Below are positions 30,101 through 41,424 of a stretch of DNA of 64,000 nt, in pieces. Below the pieces are notes generated by a model that saw only the letters and a list, made by a program, of their open reading frames with translations, had not been told where the DNA came from and made no database searches. Within the stretch, counting starts at the first letter, position 1. Every line of letters begins with the position of its first letter. The DNA lies in NCBI GenBank assembly GCA_040954595.2, contig CM082593.2, forward strand, positions 372,001 through 436,000. Reading direction: 5' to 3'. The stretch is from Balanoglossus misakiensis. Lineage: Eukaryota > Animalia > Hemichordata. The position numbers were made by a program, and so were the translations under genes.

Positions 30101-32517
30101 GATACACATTCTTCAGAAAGGATTAGAGCATACATTCCAGGAGGTAAGTGATAATGAACAAATGTTTACACGCAGGATGAAAGCACATGAAGTAGAAAGT
30201 GAATGAAACACTTTTCAGGCCATCGTGAAGGAATATCTACATGCCATTTATTGAGAAGTACTTTTTGATTGAACCAACTTTTCCTTGACAGGTTCAGCAA
30301 GATCTTCTTACACAAGTTCTTATGACACAACAAGTCTCGACTCCGCTCACAGTGCTGCTTCAAGTTACGACAGCAAAAGTATTTCATCGGTGGGATCAGC
30401 ATCTCCGCCAATCAGAGAACAAAGACACCATCTTTTACGAGGTAAAATATCTGCTTTTAATTCTAGTTCCAGTGCATATGATCTCATGGATTGATTTGCA
30501 CTTTCATCCATGTGGTCATGTGTCTGTGTGTCTGCAGTCATTTCTCAGACACACAGAATGTTTTCAAGAGCCATGGGCAGTATACCTTAGTATACATCAG
30601 TCCTTTGCTTTTGTTTTGTGATCTAATCAAAGATGGCAGATTGCTGCTATTTTGTTAACAAAAGTGAAAAAAACCCCACTGTAAATAGCTTCCCATATAT
30701 TCAATTTATCATTGTTATTGTTAATGTTGCATTGGCAATATCATAAAGTCCATGGTGTGCACACATTTGCTGTGGGAAAAATATCACGGTACAAAAGGCA
30801 AGAAACAGATTCCAAAAACCCATCTGGCTTTTCTGTCATTATGAAAAAGAAATCATGCAAAAAGGCTAGATTTGTAGACAGCTTGCTGTATTGTTGATTC
30901 TGTTGCATATTGTCTAGAGGGCGCTGTCATTTTTCTTCACAGCTCGTCATTTGTCACCCCCACCAGCTTTCAATCACCACAAACAAGTGGCCAATCTTCC
31001 GCCAAAGCCATTACCACCACCAACACAACAACAACAACAACAACAACAAAGTAACAAGATAACAGCCCCTCCGTCACACACTGTCGGAAACCCTCCAACT
31101 CCCCCAGATTATAAAACTGCAACTGCCAGCTTAGGTAGGTGTGCTTTGTTTGTCTTTTGTCTGTCTACCATGCATGTTTTGTTTCTCCTTCAATTTTCCC
31201 TTGTTTTCATTTTGTTTTGTTTTGCTTGTAACTATTAAATGTTAGAGTGCTTGCTCTGCATGCTACGCCTCATACTTCTTTGATAAAGTGCACCTCAGTT
31301 AGGGTTAAGGGTCAAGGTTAAAGGGTCAAGGTTATACAAGGTGGGCAAAATCACTAATTCACTCCCATCTGAACCGTTCGTCCTTTGTGAAAGTGATTGT
31401 CCCGTCTCAGTTACTCACAAATGTAATTCATTTCTCCCCATTACAGCCAACAGTCCATTCAAAACACAACAATCCAACCAAGGTAGACGGCCAACAAAAC
31501 CACCAGACTACCGAGTGGCTACTGCAGCCCGATCACGTAAGAATATCATCCACTATGTGGGAGGTGCGTTTAGGGGTGATTACCAGGATAACTGACTGAT
31601 GTTTCGCTTCCAACATCATCTGAACAACAGGGGGTGTCCCTCCTAGTCCTTGGCCATCATCCACTTTCAAAATGTTAAACACATTTGTTGGAATATCATA
31701 AAAAAACATTATAAACAAATGTTGGTTATTTAATGATGAATGATTATGCTAAATCTAAATAATAATTATGATATGTTTCGGATGAAATATAATGGCCATA
31801 ATTTATGCAAATTAATTTTTATATTGCTTGTTCTTCACTGGCATGTATTTTTTATCAAGCCAAAACAACATCACCCCATCATATCCCAACCAAACTCATT
31901 AATATTATTTGCACAAAGTTTCCACCTTTTCAAGTATGTTTAATCAAGTAAGGAGGCATTTGAATCTTGTCTATGTGGTTTTGTAATGTGGTTGTTTCTT
32001 TACTGATTTTGCTGGGTGATTATTGCGTAGTTTGTCATTTCTGTGCTCCAGTGTGTTAGTGTGAAGTTAGTGAAATGTTTTCTTTCAATATGGTCGTTGA
32101 CTTTTTCCAAGAAGAAAATAAGACTTGTTACAAAATAGTCATTGACTTTTTCAATACATATATTCAAGATAACAGTTTGTAAACACATGGATTATTTCAG
32201 TCAGAATGTATCAATTAAGGATGTCCCAATCTACAAAATGCAGTTAGTTAACTCAAATTAGACCAAAAATATGACAATCCTGGTGGTCTAATACTATTTC
32301 TGTCTTTCTAGGTTCAACAGATGATAACAACGAGCCTCAAGATTACTTTGATGAAGGTAAAGAATTTTACTTCATGAGATGATATCAGGCTGACAATTCT
32401 TTTACCTCTACGTGAAACATTTTCATCGATAAATGTTGAAAGTGTCATAAATATGGTGTATTTATTTTTAGAATTCTCTTTTTGATTTCAGATGGTGAAC
32501 AGGTGTCCGTGGTGTAG
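6474..32517 (+). CDS. RAPGEF2: Rap guanine nucleotide exchange factor 2/6 (PDZ-GEF), 30 core coding exons, 5' end incomplete (~1456 aa in window)
   Basis: Exons read by hand (all GT-AG): 6474-6601, 7363-7446, 16842-16917, 17929-18063, 22262-22501, 22670-22742, 23049-23185, 23588-23673, 23869-24091, 24503-24667, 24836-24943, 25152-25223, 25380-25511, 25656-25764, 25914-26166, 26279-26492, 26660-26896, 27123-27299, 27548-27647, 27837-28048, 28204-28350, 28506-28667, 28768-28876, 29359-29547, 29844-30143, 30292-30441, 30943-31134, 31447-31536, 32312-32356, 32492-32517. They sum to 4371 nt in one open frame. Domain order: cNMP-like ([10 protein letters not shown]...[11 protein letters not shown]...SFGKR...LEPSEM), second cNMP-like ([22 protein letters not shown]), REM (GTPERL...VDPTYVEDF), PDZ ([26 protein letters not shown]), RA (KETTAREVV), RasGEF/CDC25 ([39 protein letters not shown]), two PPDY motifs and C-terminal EQVSVV* (vertebrate RAPGEF2/6 end EQVSAV). 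It is probably a single co-orthologue of RAPGEF2 and RAPGEF6. Confidence 0.96.
11819..11990. repeat. (CA)/(TACG/TATG) low-complexity tract with a near-perfect hairpin at 11919-11982
   Basis: ctacgtatgt...gtacgtacgtatgtat pairs with atacatacgtacgtac...atacgtag. Confidence 0.7.
13264..13270 (+). promoter_or_regulatory. Possible TATA box of an internal RAPGEF promoter
   Basis: TATAAAT lies ~180 nt upstream of the ATG at 13446. Motif only. Confidence 0.25.
13446..13552 (+). CDS. Alternative first coding exon of RAPGEF ([36 protein letters not shown])
   Basis: gccATG Kozak context, 35 open codons plus AG, then a consensus AG|gtaaga donor. Phase 2 matches the acceptor at 16842. The exon is locally CpG-rich and TATAAAT lies at 13264-13270. 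Confidence 0.65.
15458..15479 (+). repeat. G22 homopolymer
   Basis: Directly visible. Confidence 0.85.
16940..17200 (+). repeat. (GATG)n and degenerate (GAT/GGT)n microsatellite
   Basis: Directly visible; it explains the His-rich spurious ORF 16912..17241. Confidence 0.7.
18074..18106 (+). repeat. T12-G21 homopolymer tract just downstream of the exon 17929-18063 donor
   Basis: Directly visible. Confidence 0.85.
18939..18992 (+). CDS. Candidate RAPGEF cassette mini-exon ([18 protein letters not shown])
   Basis: Tandem tag|cag| acceptor and AAG|gtaatc donor give 54 or 51 nt, phase 0-0. It repeats the RTQSLG(E/D) motif that ends the upstream exon. Confidence 0.7.
20287..20349 (+). CDS. Candidate RAPGEF cassette exon ([21 protein letters not shown])
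   Basis: ctcactag| acceptor, |gtaagt donor, 63 nt, open in phase 0-0. It is a purine-richer island inside a pyrimidine-rich intron. Confidence 0.55.
21059..21143 (+). mobile_element. 85-bp MITE copy 1 (TIR CCCTTTCACC...GGTGAAAGGG, TTAA flank; piggyBac-like)
   Basis: Perfect 10-bp TIR, flanked by ttaa and ttca. Internal sequence is similar to the copies at 27367 and 33168, which lie in the opposite orientation. Confidence 0.75.
22125..22198 (-). mobile_element. Degenerate MITE copy 4
   Basis: tttcaccc...gtggtgaaaagg with a decayed interior. Confidence 0.4.
24411..24470 (-). mobile_element. Partial MITE copy 5
   Basis: tggatttggagcaaaccgtcgtggtgaaagtgttaa matches the right end of copy 3. Confidence 0.45.
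27367..27451 (-). mobile_element. 85-bp MITE copy 2
   Basis: Same TIR and length, degenerate ctaa/ttga flanks. Confidence 0.75.
28993..29085 (+). CDS. Candidate RAPGEF cassette exon ([31 protein letters not shown])
   Basis: ttttctatgtag| acceptor, |gtaaga donor, 93 nt. Phase 1-1 matches the flanking exons and the frame is open. Confidence 0.5.
29723..29752 (+). CDS. Candidate 30-nt RAPGEF microexon with GC donor ([10 protein letters not shown])
   Basis: catctttag| acceptor, CAG|gcatgt donor, phase 1-1, open frame. Confidence 0.35.
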
Positions 32518-33167
32518 CACTTGGATGGAAAATCTTGTAAAATATTGTAAATATCATTCGTATTGGCGTCTCTACTTGTCTTTAATAGTCATCTTCAAGA
32601 TGAACTTGGCCTTGGAATTATGTGACTTTACACACTTCATCTGATTGGAATATCTGGATCAAGTGGTTTCCTTTTAAGTATGGAATTCCACTGATTGAAA
32701 CCGTTGGTGATTGGATGTGATTTTTGACTTTCATTGTGCGAAGTTACGAGTTCTCCTATTGGCTGGACATCAACTGCTTCAGTAATTCCCATTGGAGTTC
32801 CCATGTCATGTGACCAACATGTGGTGTGATCTTGACCTATGACTGGCTCCCACACATTGTCATCAAATACAAAATCGTTGCGTGGTGCTTTAAGTCTGGC
32901 ATATGCAAAACTGTTGTGAGTGGACCATTTTGCCTTCAATGAATATTGTTAAAATTGTCGTAATTTTAATAATTATGTGATCGGACACTCTCTGAACTGT
33001 GTTTCAGTGTTAAACAGATGTTTACAATTTTAGCATTTGACTTCAAGAAAGGTGTTAACTTATTTACCCTATAGATGGACACACTGTGTACCTTTCAAAA
33101 AGACTTTTCAAGACTTCTCACATTTGTCAACTTGTTTATTTATTAAAATGTCTGTGATGTGCATAAA

Positions 33168-33252
33168 TGCTTTCACCCCCATTTCCCTGTATACAGGTCT
33201 AACTTTACCATAGAATACAATGGATTTGGACCAAACCATGGTGGTGAAAGGG
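33168..33252 (-). mobile_element. 85-bp MITE copy 3, in the RAPGEF 3' UTR
   Basis: ctttcacc...ggtgaaaggg followed by ttaa; same internal TTTGGACCAAACCATGGTGG. Confidence 0.75.
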
Positions 33253-33940
33253 TTAATAAGAATGTTAATCTTAATGACCTCCCCATTGTGTCAAGGGGGG
33301 CCTAACCTGAAATCACATTCTTTTTCACGGATGCGTTCTGTGTAACATCCTGTGAAAACAAAGGTGACGAAACAGGTGACAATGAGGGCGCTCTGTCATC
33401 AAAACCTGTAATATAAATGTAAATAACATTGTGACTGTACAATTTATGTGAAGTAATGTATTGAAATCATGTTAAGTATGAACAAATTTTTTTTGAAATC
33501 TTCACCAATGAAATAATTGTCAATGAATTATGTCCCTGTGAAAACCTACCTATTTGAATTATTTTAATCTAAAGAAATTTTTGTAAGTTATTTTTCCAAA
33601 CAACTATACTGCCATTTTCGTTGAGAAAGCAATATTTTTTGTGTGTGCAAACAACTGAAGTTTCATTTTTCTGTCTCGACAATTCATTTCACCATATCAC
33701 TATGGACTTTTTGCACTTCCCATCTGCAACAGAAATCAAAATCTCATTTGCTTTTTAGAATGGGGTTATTTAATTGATATATGTTTATTACCCTGTGAAT
33801 TTTTTCATTGAACATTGTAATTTATATATTTTAGTATATTGTGGAGACGAGCAGGTAATGTAATATTCTAGATGTCTACATGTGCTGCGACTGTGTACAG
33901 AATTTTCCTATTGTCTGCATGCTTGTTTTAGATGATGATA

Positions 33941-33946
33941 AATAAA
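33941..33946 (+). other. Probable polyadenylation signal of RAPGEF (3' UTR ~32518-33965)
   Basis: AATAAA at the end of a long AU-rich stretch after the stop codon. Confidence 0.45.
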
Positions 33947-34290
33947 GAACAAACTCTTCATGATAGATCTATCGTGCAGTACTCAAGTGAAAACACACGT
34001 ATGTTCGTCAAACGTCGTTCAAAACCAGCAAAAAAGCTACCACTGTCACTATATATCTCCTGTGCTAAGCTTGGTCGCGTTGCTATGGTTATGTATCACC
34101 GCATAAAATCCCCGGAAGGCGAGGTGAAGATGGCAGGTTAGTTAGTACCCTGAGTGAATAGCAGTGAAGTGCAGACTACTTGAGTGACTCTCTGTGTGTC
34201 TTCCTTAGCAACAACCTATGTCCATTCGGGAATTGCCTTCAGATAGCTCAGGTAAAACAGTGTAACCACTGAACCTGTGTGTTTGCACAA

Positions 34291-37200
34291 TTAGCTAGCT
34301 GATGCACTGTGTGACGTTAATGTAACATTATTGCCGGCGACCGAAGGAGGTTTTCGATTACAGCATACAATCCGGTACAATGTTATTTTAAATGCTCGTT
34401 TGAATTCAGGACTACTTCCGGCATAAATGAAGACATTAACTGCAGAATTACTGTGCAGCAGGAGACGAACAGTTGCCCTGAAAAACAAAAAGTTATGATT
34501 AGTTGTCTTTTAAAAACGTCCGAAATTACTTGTACAAAATGTTAATTAGATTTCCTGTGTTAATTACCTTGATTACCAAAAGGAAGACAAATCAGTACAA
34601 AATCTATCAGACATCACGTAATGCCAGCATTTGTTTTGTGTACTGTCAGTAAATAAGTGATGATTTGACAACCTACATAGCCTTTCATCAGACCAAGCTT
34701 TTAACCAATTTGATTCTACACAATTAAATCAAATACCTGATGTATCGATCGACGTGACATGTTTTGCAAGACAGGCCAATAAAGAGAAACACCATCAATG
34801 GAGCCCAAGCCAAGATGTAGTATCCCAAGACAAGAGCCACCATCTTTGTTGCCTTCATTTCTTTCTTGTATAGGTGAGCATTTTCATCCTTATTGTTACC
34901 ATGACTATTACTGGCTGCATTGGATGGACCAACTTGGTTCTGCAAATAATATATTGGACGGAAAAAAACAAATAATTGTTTTGCGTGCTCAACTTCAGTC
35001 GACGTTACTCTTTCATCAGCCAACATATTCATCTGTCATCGGAAATCAAGTTGGACATCTGCACATTATGTCCAACAATTAATCAGTGTGATCACCGAAC
35101 ACCTTGATCACTTTTTCGTTTTATTAAAACCTGGCACCATTTCGCTACACATTCCATCCCATTATAAATCAGCCATCAACATTTAATTTAATACTTTGTC
35201 TTGTGGTAATTGGAAGTAATTCGGCTATATATAGTAGAAATGGCATATGTATATTGGACGTTTTTTGCTTTAATAATTCTTAGACGACGTCTAATTCACC
35301 CCTTTTAATCTTCAACGAACCTGTCTCTTGGCATTCTTCCAAATCCTCTGTCGCGCAATCATCCAAATTCTGGTGTAGAGGGCGATCATGATAATCCACG
35401 GAATCAGGACCATGAACGTCAACATGACCATCAAATGCCACACAGGCGATATCAACTCGTATCGACAACTTCCCCTGAATGTCGCTGTCAATTAAACAAA
35501 AATATAATAGTGTTTGTGGTAAATGGTGACGAGAGGGAGAGATAAACAGACAGACAGACGGAGAAAGACAGACTTAAGCCCTCACCTGGTTGCGGTCTTA
35601 TGAAGAGTATACCCGAAAACGTCATCGAACTGGCCCATATGACAATGATTGCGTACAGAGTCCGCTGTTTTGTCAGTTTGGTCGCGTATACGACGGGATC
35701 GGTAACAGCAATGTAGCGTGTAATGGTGATAGCCACCAGATTATACGATGAACAGTAGAAGAGACCCTCAAAGAAGGCGATCATGAAGTCACAGAAGATC
35801 CAGTTGGCTGAAAAGGAAAGGAAAGTCATAGTGAGAAAATGTGGATTCGTAGATTTATTGTGGTGTTATAAAATGATCAGTGGAAAGATATTGTACTTTT
35901 CTGTGGCCTGGATGAATAAATCACTTTGAAACAACAAGCCGTGGTGATTGGTTAACTTATAGAATTATAATAAGTGGTGACGTGTTTAAGCACCTTGTAA
36001 ATTTGAATATTAGAAACAGTTTCCGATTGGTTGAAAAAAGTGCACAGATGTTCGTAGATGTCCACTCGGAGCATGCTTGCGTCATTTTATTCGAGAACTC
36101 AACGCGACGCACGAATCCATCTCATTGACACGATTTTCAGGAAAATCGAGTCAATTTTATCTCATGGAAGACTTTAAACGTGCCTATCTACAGAAGGAGT
36201 TTTGGTTTGGTTTCCCCAGCTGATCGTGAAACTGTCGAACCTTTACAAAGATCGTTTATTGGGAAATTAGCTGGTTTGGACGCCAATACATCGTGGATTA
36301 ACCAGACAAACATTTTGTCTTGACATGAAACTGTTCGAAAAGGTAAGCCCAAAATGTCTTGCATTTCACGCTTCACAATGATCTCAACTCCTGACTCTTC
36401 AGGATTATGGTCTCTTTGGTTGTGGAAATTCAGAGGTATGGGTAGAACGACAGACCAGAGAGGCAAAGCGTGGTATCATCACTGAGATGAATAACATCGC
36501 TCTATAGATTGACCTTATGTGTGCATGTGCAAAACATTGCACCGTGCATGGCTATTGATTATCCTATAATATGAATTGAAGTTGTGCGATATTCTCGAAA
36601 AATAAGACTGACTTCACTTTTAATCCTGTCACATAGAATATCAATGACGCAATTAAGTTTAAATAACATGATTTTACCCACGGCCGTATTAAGTATAATT
36701 ACTCTGAATAAGCGGATAATTTGATTTACATTCACAAGATAAGTGCTATTTCAGACGATAATTGGATTATTGGAGTTTGGTTGCTGGGGTGACTCAGGGA
36801 AAGCAAACCAATTTTCCTTTAATCTTTTACTCCTTTCATCACTTCTTAACCTAATTATATAAGAAAGCAACCCAGCGATGTCACGAGCCATCTACTTTTG
36901 TGAATTGTTTTGCTAAACATTTCTGAAACGTAATTTCTACACGCAATAAGGGCATATATCGGGTATAAAGTATAAATTGACAATAAACACAATCAGAAAT
37001 ATTGCTTCATTTACCTTATCCATTATATGTCGCCCCATCATGCCATAAATGAGACATTTTCGGAGGATGCACTGAATTTAACTACACTTCATTGTTACCG
37101 ATTCTGCGTGTTCGCATTTTACGGATAACTACGTTCACTTAAAGGTGTTTGCAAACGGAAATTGAATTATTATCGAAAGTCTACATTCTACTCGGAAAGG

Positions 37201-40200
37201 AAGAGTTAAGATTCGCCAATACATGTGTGCATGTGGTGAGCCGTGCTGTGTGTGAACATGTTCAATATTTATGGAACATATTAGTCTTTTCCGCATGTCG
37301 CGGAATCACCTACTTCAAATATTTGCATTTACAGAAGTGCATTCTCAGTCAATTTCCTCCCTATCTGCTTGTAACTTGAAATTGCTCATGGTCTGTGATA
37401 TTGGAAGTGGAGCAAATAGACCATTTTCCGAACTCCACGAGACCCTGCGAAAATTCGCGTGGCTTGGCAATTTACTTTCTCCCATCGTGTTCAACGGCAC
37501 TAAAGTTAAACATTTTGTTAAACTTTAATGAGGTAATAAAACTATAAAGTTACATGAAAACTGCTTACAAAGTCTGGATTGAAATTGAAAGTAAGAATAA
37601 ATTTTAATGAGGATCGAAGAATATACGGTAAAATCAAATAGGCCTATGTTTTATTTCAAAACTGGAATTGTCGATTTAAAGGGGGATTTCTTAAATAGGA
37701 TTTTATACATGGCCGATGCCACCAAGGTTCTTAAATGGGATTTTATACATGGCCGATGTCACCAAGATTCTCAAATAGGATTTTATACACGTCCGATATC
37801 ATCAAGGTTCTTAAATAGGAATTTTAACACGTGGCCGAGGTTCTTAGCAAAAATCGAGGTTCTTACGTTATATAGCCTTAAAAGTAAAAAATACTCGTGG
37901 TTCTAGTTTAGAAAGTTTTATTTTTAGTCGATGCGATGATAATTTCTCAATTTTAATTGGTAATTATCGTAATTTATCTCTCCGATATCATCAAGGTCCT
38001 TAAATACGATTTTATACATGGCCGATTTCATCAAGGTAAGATTTTATACTAATAAAATATTCACGAGCCACTGCAAGTGTATTCATTGGCCCCTATCACC
38101 CTACCAAGTTTTAACCCCCGTAGGTGCTGCGGTTTTCCAGATCTAGGCTACATGGCCGAAAATCTCGGAAGAAGAAGAAGACGGAATAAAGAAAATTTCC
38201 GACAATACCAATAGGGGCACAAGCCTATCGGGCTTGTGCCCCTAATAATTATTCATTATTCCCAATTTTTTAATGGAAAGACATCTAGCTGGAAAGTAAT
38301 ACGCACCACAGGAGGCGAATAAGAAAGGATGGACACATTAGTCATCCTACGCAGGCCTAGCCCCCTCCCCCTACAGGGGCCTTGTATGTTAGTGGGGCCC
38401 ACATGCGTTGAGTGATATCTCAATAAAATGTGAAAGGCACCAAATACTCCTGGTGTACAAGTACAATATTTTTTTTCGTATGCCTTTCCCAATCCCGCCA
38501 AGTTTGCCCTTTGAATCTGCCTTCTGTCCAATTACTATAATAAAATATCTTTTCCCGAAATCCTTGTGTGGTGACATCATGCGCGTCCTGAACTCCTCTG
38601 TCGGTTGCCGTCCAGGTATGAAATGGCGTTGACATCTTGGTGACCTGAAATGCACCCAAACGGCCAAAGTCGCAATGAACATTCTACCAAAATGGTTATC
38701 AGAAGAACGAGTGCTTCTCCCGTTATATTCTGAGTCAGTCACAATTGCGACGATGCTAGATATTTCCCAGAACATTCATTTTTCTCGTTAATTCCCCATC
38801 AGCAATCGAACTGTGGGTGCAGGGTCATCCCAGGTCAAGCCAACGTTACGCGACGCTACAATATATACGGACCCTTCCTTAGGCTTATACATAAAAAGAT
38901 GGTAATTGTTGGCAGCGTTGGGCTGGTTTAAACGTTTGATAGAACTTTTATTGGTGTGGTTTCTACCAGCTTTTATATTTTCCGTGTCTATTCATTGTGT
39001 AGTGAGCTAGGGAAAAGTCGATTTTATCGTGCAGTCACTCTATGGGCCATGCCAGGTCACTGAAACGAACATAGTGGTGTGACGTTTTTTTTTTTTTTTT
39101 TCGAATTTAGAACAAGTGTGGTGTTTTGCGGTGAAGAGTACGACTAGTTAAATTTGAGTCGTAGGACTCGGATTAAAAGTTTCCTCCTTTGAACATCAAG
39201 TTGACAGCAGAGGAAATCGCGGCGTGTGCGTGTGGAGAGAGACCGTGGACGCGTGGGTAAGTGTATCTAATTATTAGACCCCCCTCAACGCCATTGGAGG
39301 GGTTTTCCATACTGTTCCGTGCGATATATTTCATAGCCAGGTTGTTAGGGAGCTGTCATTATTTATGGCGGGGGGGGGGGGGGTCAAGACGGAGAAGGGG
39401 GGGGGGGGCTACTATTTTTTTGGAAATGTCTCAAAAGTATTGCAACTGAAAGATTAAGGCGGATGCTACGGCGTTTCCAGTCTGAGTGTCCAAACACGAC
39501 TGAATTTTTCAGTCTACAAAGCATTGAGTTCAGGTTAAATTTGGAGGAAGTTAATTCAATTGTCCCTTGATACGTGGCCAGAGAAAATAAAGTGTTTACA
39601 CTAATGGTGTTGACTTAAATTGATGCGAGTCAAGTAGCATAGTGCCACAACTTACTCCATGTACATTGGATTGAGTTTAATCAAACAATGATCTGATGGA
39701 TAAAGCATAAAAAATATATGAGACTATATCGGTGTAATATTCTAGGATGTCTTCCCATGTATTCTTATCCATTCACTTCTTATACAAATATGCCAACTAA
39801 CAGACATGCATCTCTCAGTGAGAGATAGGACACGATATTAGCCACATTGACATTCGTTTTAACAAGTAAAATGTTGATCAATGTACCATCTGACTTTTGA
39901 AAAGTTTACTCCAAGCAGCATTACCAAAGGTATTATTCAATGTCAAGATGTAATTAACCGCAGTTATGCAGCATGTCAATGGTTATCCCCCTGTTCCTTT
40001 GAGAATGACCGCTTCAATTTTTGAGAACCTTATCTTGAATTTCAAGTTGCCGTATTTGATGGATTTGATGAAAGTGAGTTAGCTTGAACCTTTAGAACCT
40101 TTAGACACTTTGACAATTTTCTTAATAACACACCAATCGATATTTCCGTTTTTGCTAACAAAAGTGACATTCGATCACTGTGCCTTGCTGATGACGGCTT

Positions 40201-41424
40201 CCAGGATAATTTTCGAGATTGTTCAGGAAAATCGATCCTGAACCTTACGCCCACTCAGGTGAAGGTCTTAATCAGCCAATTTGCAACTTTTCAGGCTGTT
40301 TTCATTTTCTGCGTAGGGACGTATTCAGTACTAGCTGATAGAGTGGTGTTCGGATATTAGGGATGACCAATTGGTTCAGAGAGTGGAGTTGTTTAGAGGC
40401 AGTATTACTAAAACTAAGATTGCTCTCTTTTGCAACCTAGTTCAGGTCTGTAGTCTACTTGTGTGATATTCTCACATTCATAAGCATTCTGACAGATGGC
40501 CAGTAACAGCTTTAATATGTGATATACAACATTTCCTGTAATTAAAGGATATGGAATGCACTTCTTTTGAAGTAAATATATCCGCCCTGTTTTGAAATGA
40601 AACATTTTGTACACACAGATCCAATCACTTTACTATCTCTGTTTCTCTTTTTAAATGAATTAAAAGCGGCCAGTAAGAGATAAATGCTACTCTAATACCC
40701 CAATTTCATAGTATTAATGTTTGTCACAGGGTAATAATATTTATCAGTGTTGGACATTATCTCGAGGACAGCCTCACCTGTTGACAGCTCATAATGATAA
40801 ATGTGTGTAAAGCAGTTCCCAATGTTTAAATGCTTTTTTTCCCAGCAGGGTTTATTACAAGAGAAAAAAAAACTTGGCACGTGAGGAAGAAGATAATTAA
40901 TTTCCCCCGGAATGCAGTTTCCATTGGGAATGAGAGAAATAAGCAGGTACGTAACTTCTCCTGACAATGTAACCGTGCCCTCACGTACTTTCGGCGATCC
41001 ATGCGAGCTGTTGGTTGCAGCTTTGTTCCGATGGAATATATCCAATGTGAGCATACCATTCAATAGGATTGAGACTTATTTCTTCCATGTATTTGGAAAC
41101 AAGGTAATGTAAACATTTAATTGCAGAAGAGAAAATGATTGACTTACATCCGATGGCCTGCATTGCTGGAACCTCCATGTGGCTCAGGTTGTAGAGGGTA
41201 TAAAATACACCCAACAAAATATCAGAACATGAGAGACTTGCAATGAAGTAATTGCTGACATTCCGAAGTGTGCGAAAGGTTGCCACGGAAACGATAACAA
41301 GTGAGTTTCCAAAAATGTTGACTAGTGTGAGTGTGACAAGAATTGAGTAGTAGTACACGAAATATGCAGAATCCTCAGCTGCAGTGGATTGGCTTGGAAC
41401 ATCAGTTGAAATATTTGCTGACAT
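34291..41424 (-). CDS. Orphan rhodopsin-like (class A) GPCR, adenosine/amine-receptor-like, 350 aa, 5 coding exons
   Basis: Exons (- strand): 41424-41148, 35807-35586, 35484-35321, 34939-34737, 34477-34291, totalling 1053 nt in one open frame. TM1 GNSLVI, TM2 NYFIASLSCSD, TM3 C...TRYIAV, TM4 IW, ECL2 Cys, TM5 P..IMIALYTRI, TM6 KATKMV...AWAP, TM7 HSNSAVNVFIY, helix 8 EFKRAF and a CC palmitoylation-like site. A likely 5' UTR intron spans 41917-41468. Confidence 0.93.
37688..38049 (+). repeat. ~40-bp minisatellite (TTCTTAAATAGGATTTTATACATGGCCGATGYCAYCAAGG), ~4 units plus ~2 units after a gap
   Basis: Units start at 37688, 37728, 37768 and 37808, and resume at 37981-38049. Confidence 0.85.
37688..38250 (+). 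mobile_element. Helentron/HINE-like non-autonomous element with internal tandem repeats and a 3' hairpin
   Basis: Tandem core is followed by TACCAAGTTT, a (GAA)n microsatellite and a perfect 14-bp stem-loop at 38212-38244, then TAAT. This layout resembles invertebrate HINE/DINE-like repeats (inference). The 5' boundary is unknown. Confidence 0.5.

Noticed and set aside
29719-30135. 138-aa antisense ORF and other overlapping ORFs over RAPGEF exons
   Set aside because: Shadow frames of real coding exons.
32515-32640. Stop-codon readthrough of RAPGEF
   Set aside because: The TAG-CAC context is not the strong TGA-CTAG signal, and the stop directly follows the conserved PDZ-binding motif.
37688-37853. 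Regularly spaced repeats superficially like a CRISPR array
   Set aside because: Head-to-tail 40-bp units with no unique spacers, no cas genes, and located in a eukaryotic intron.
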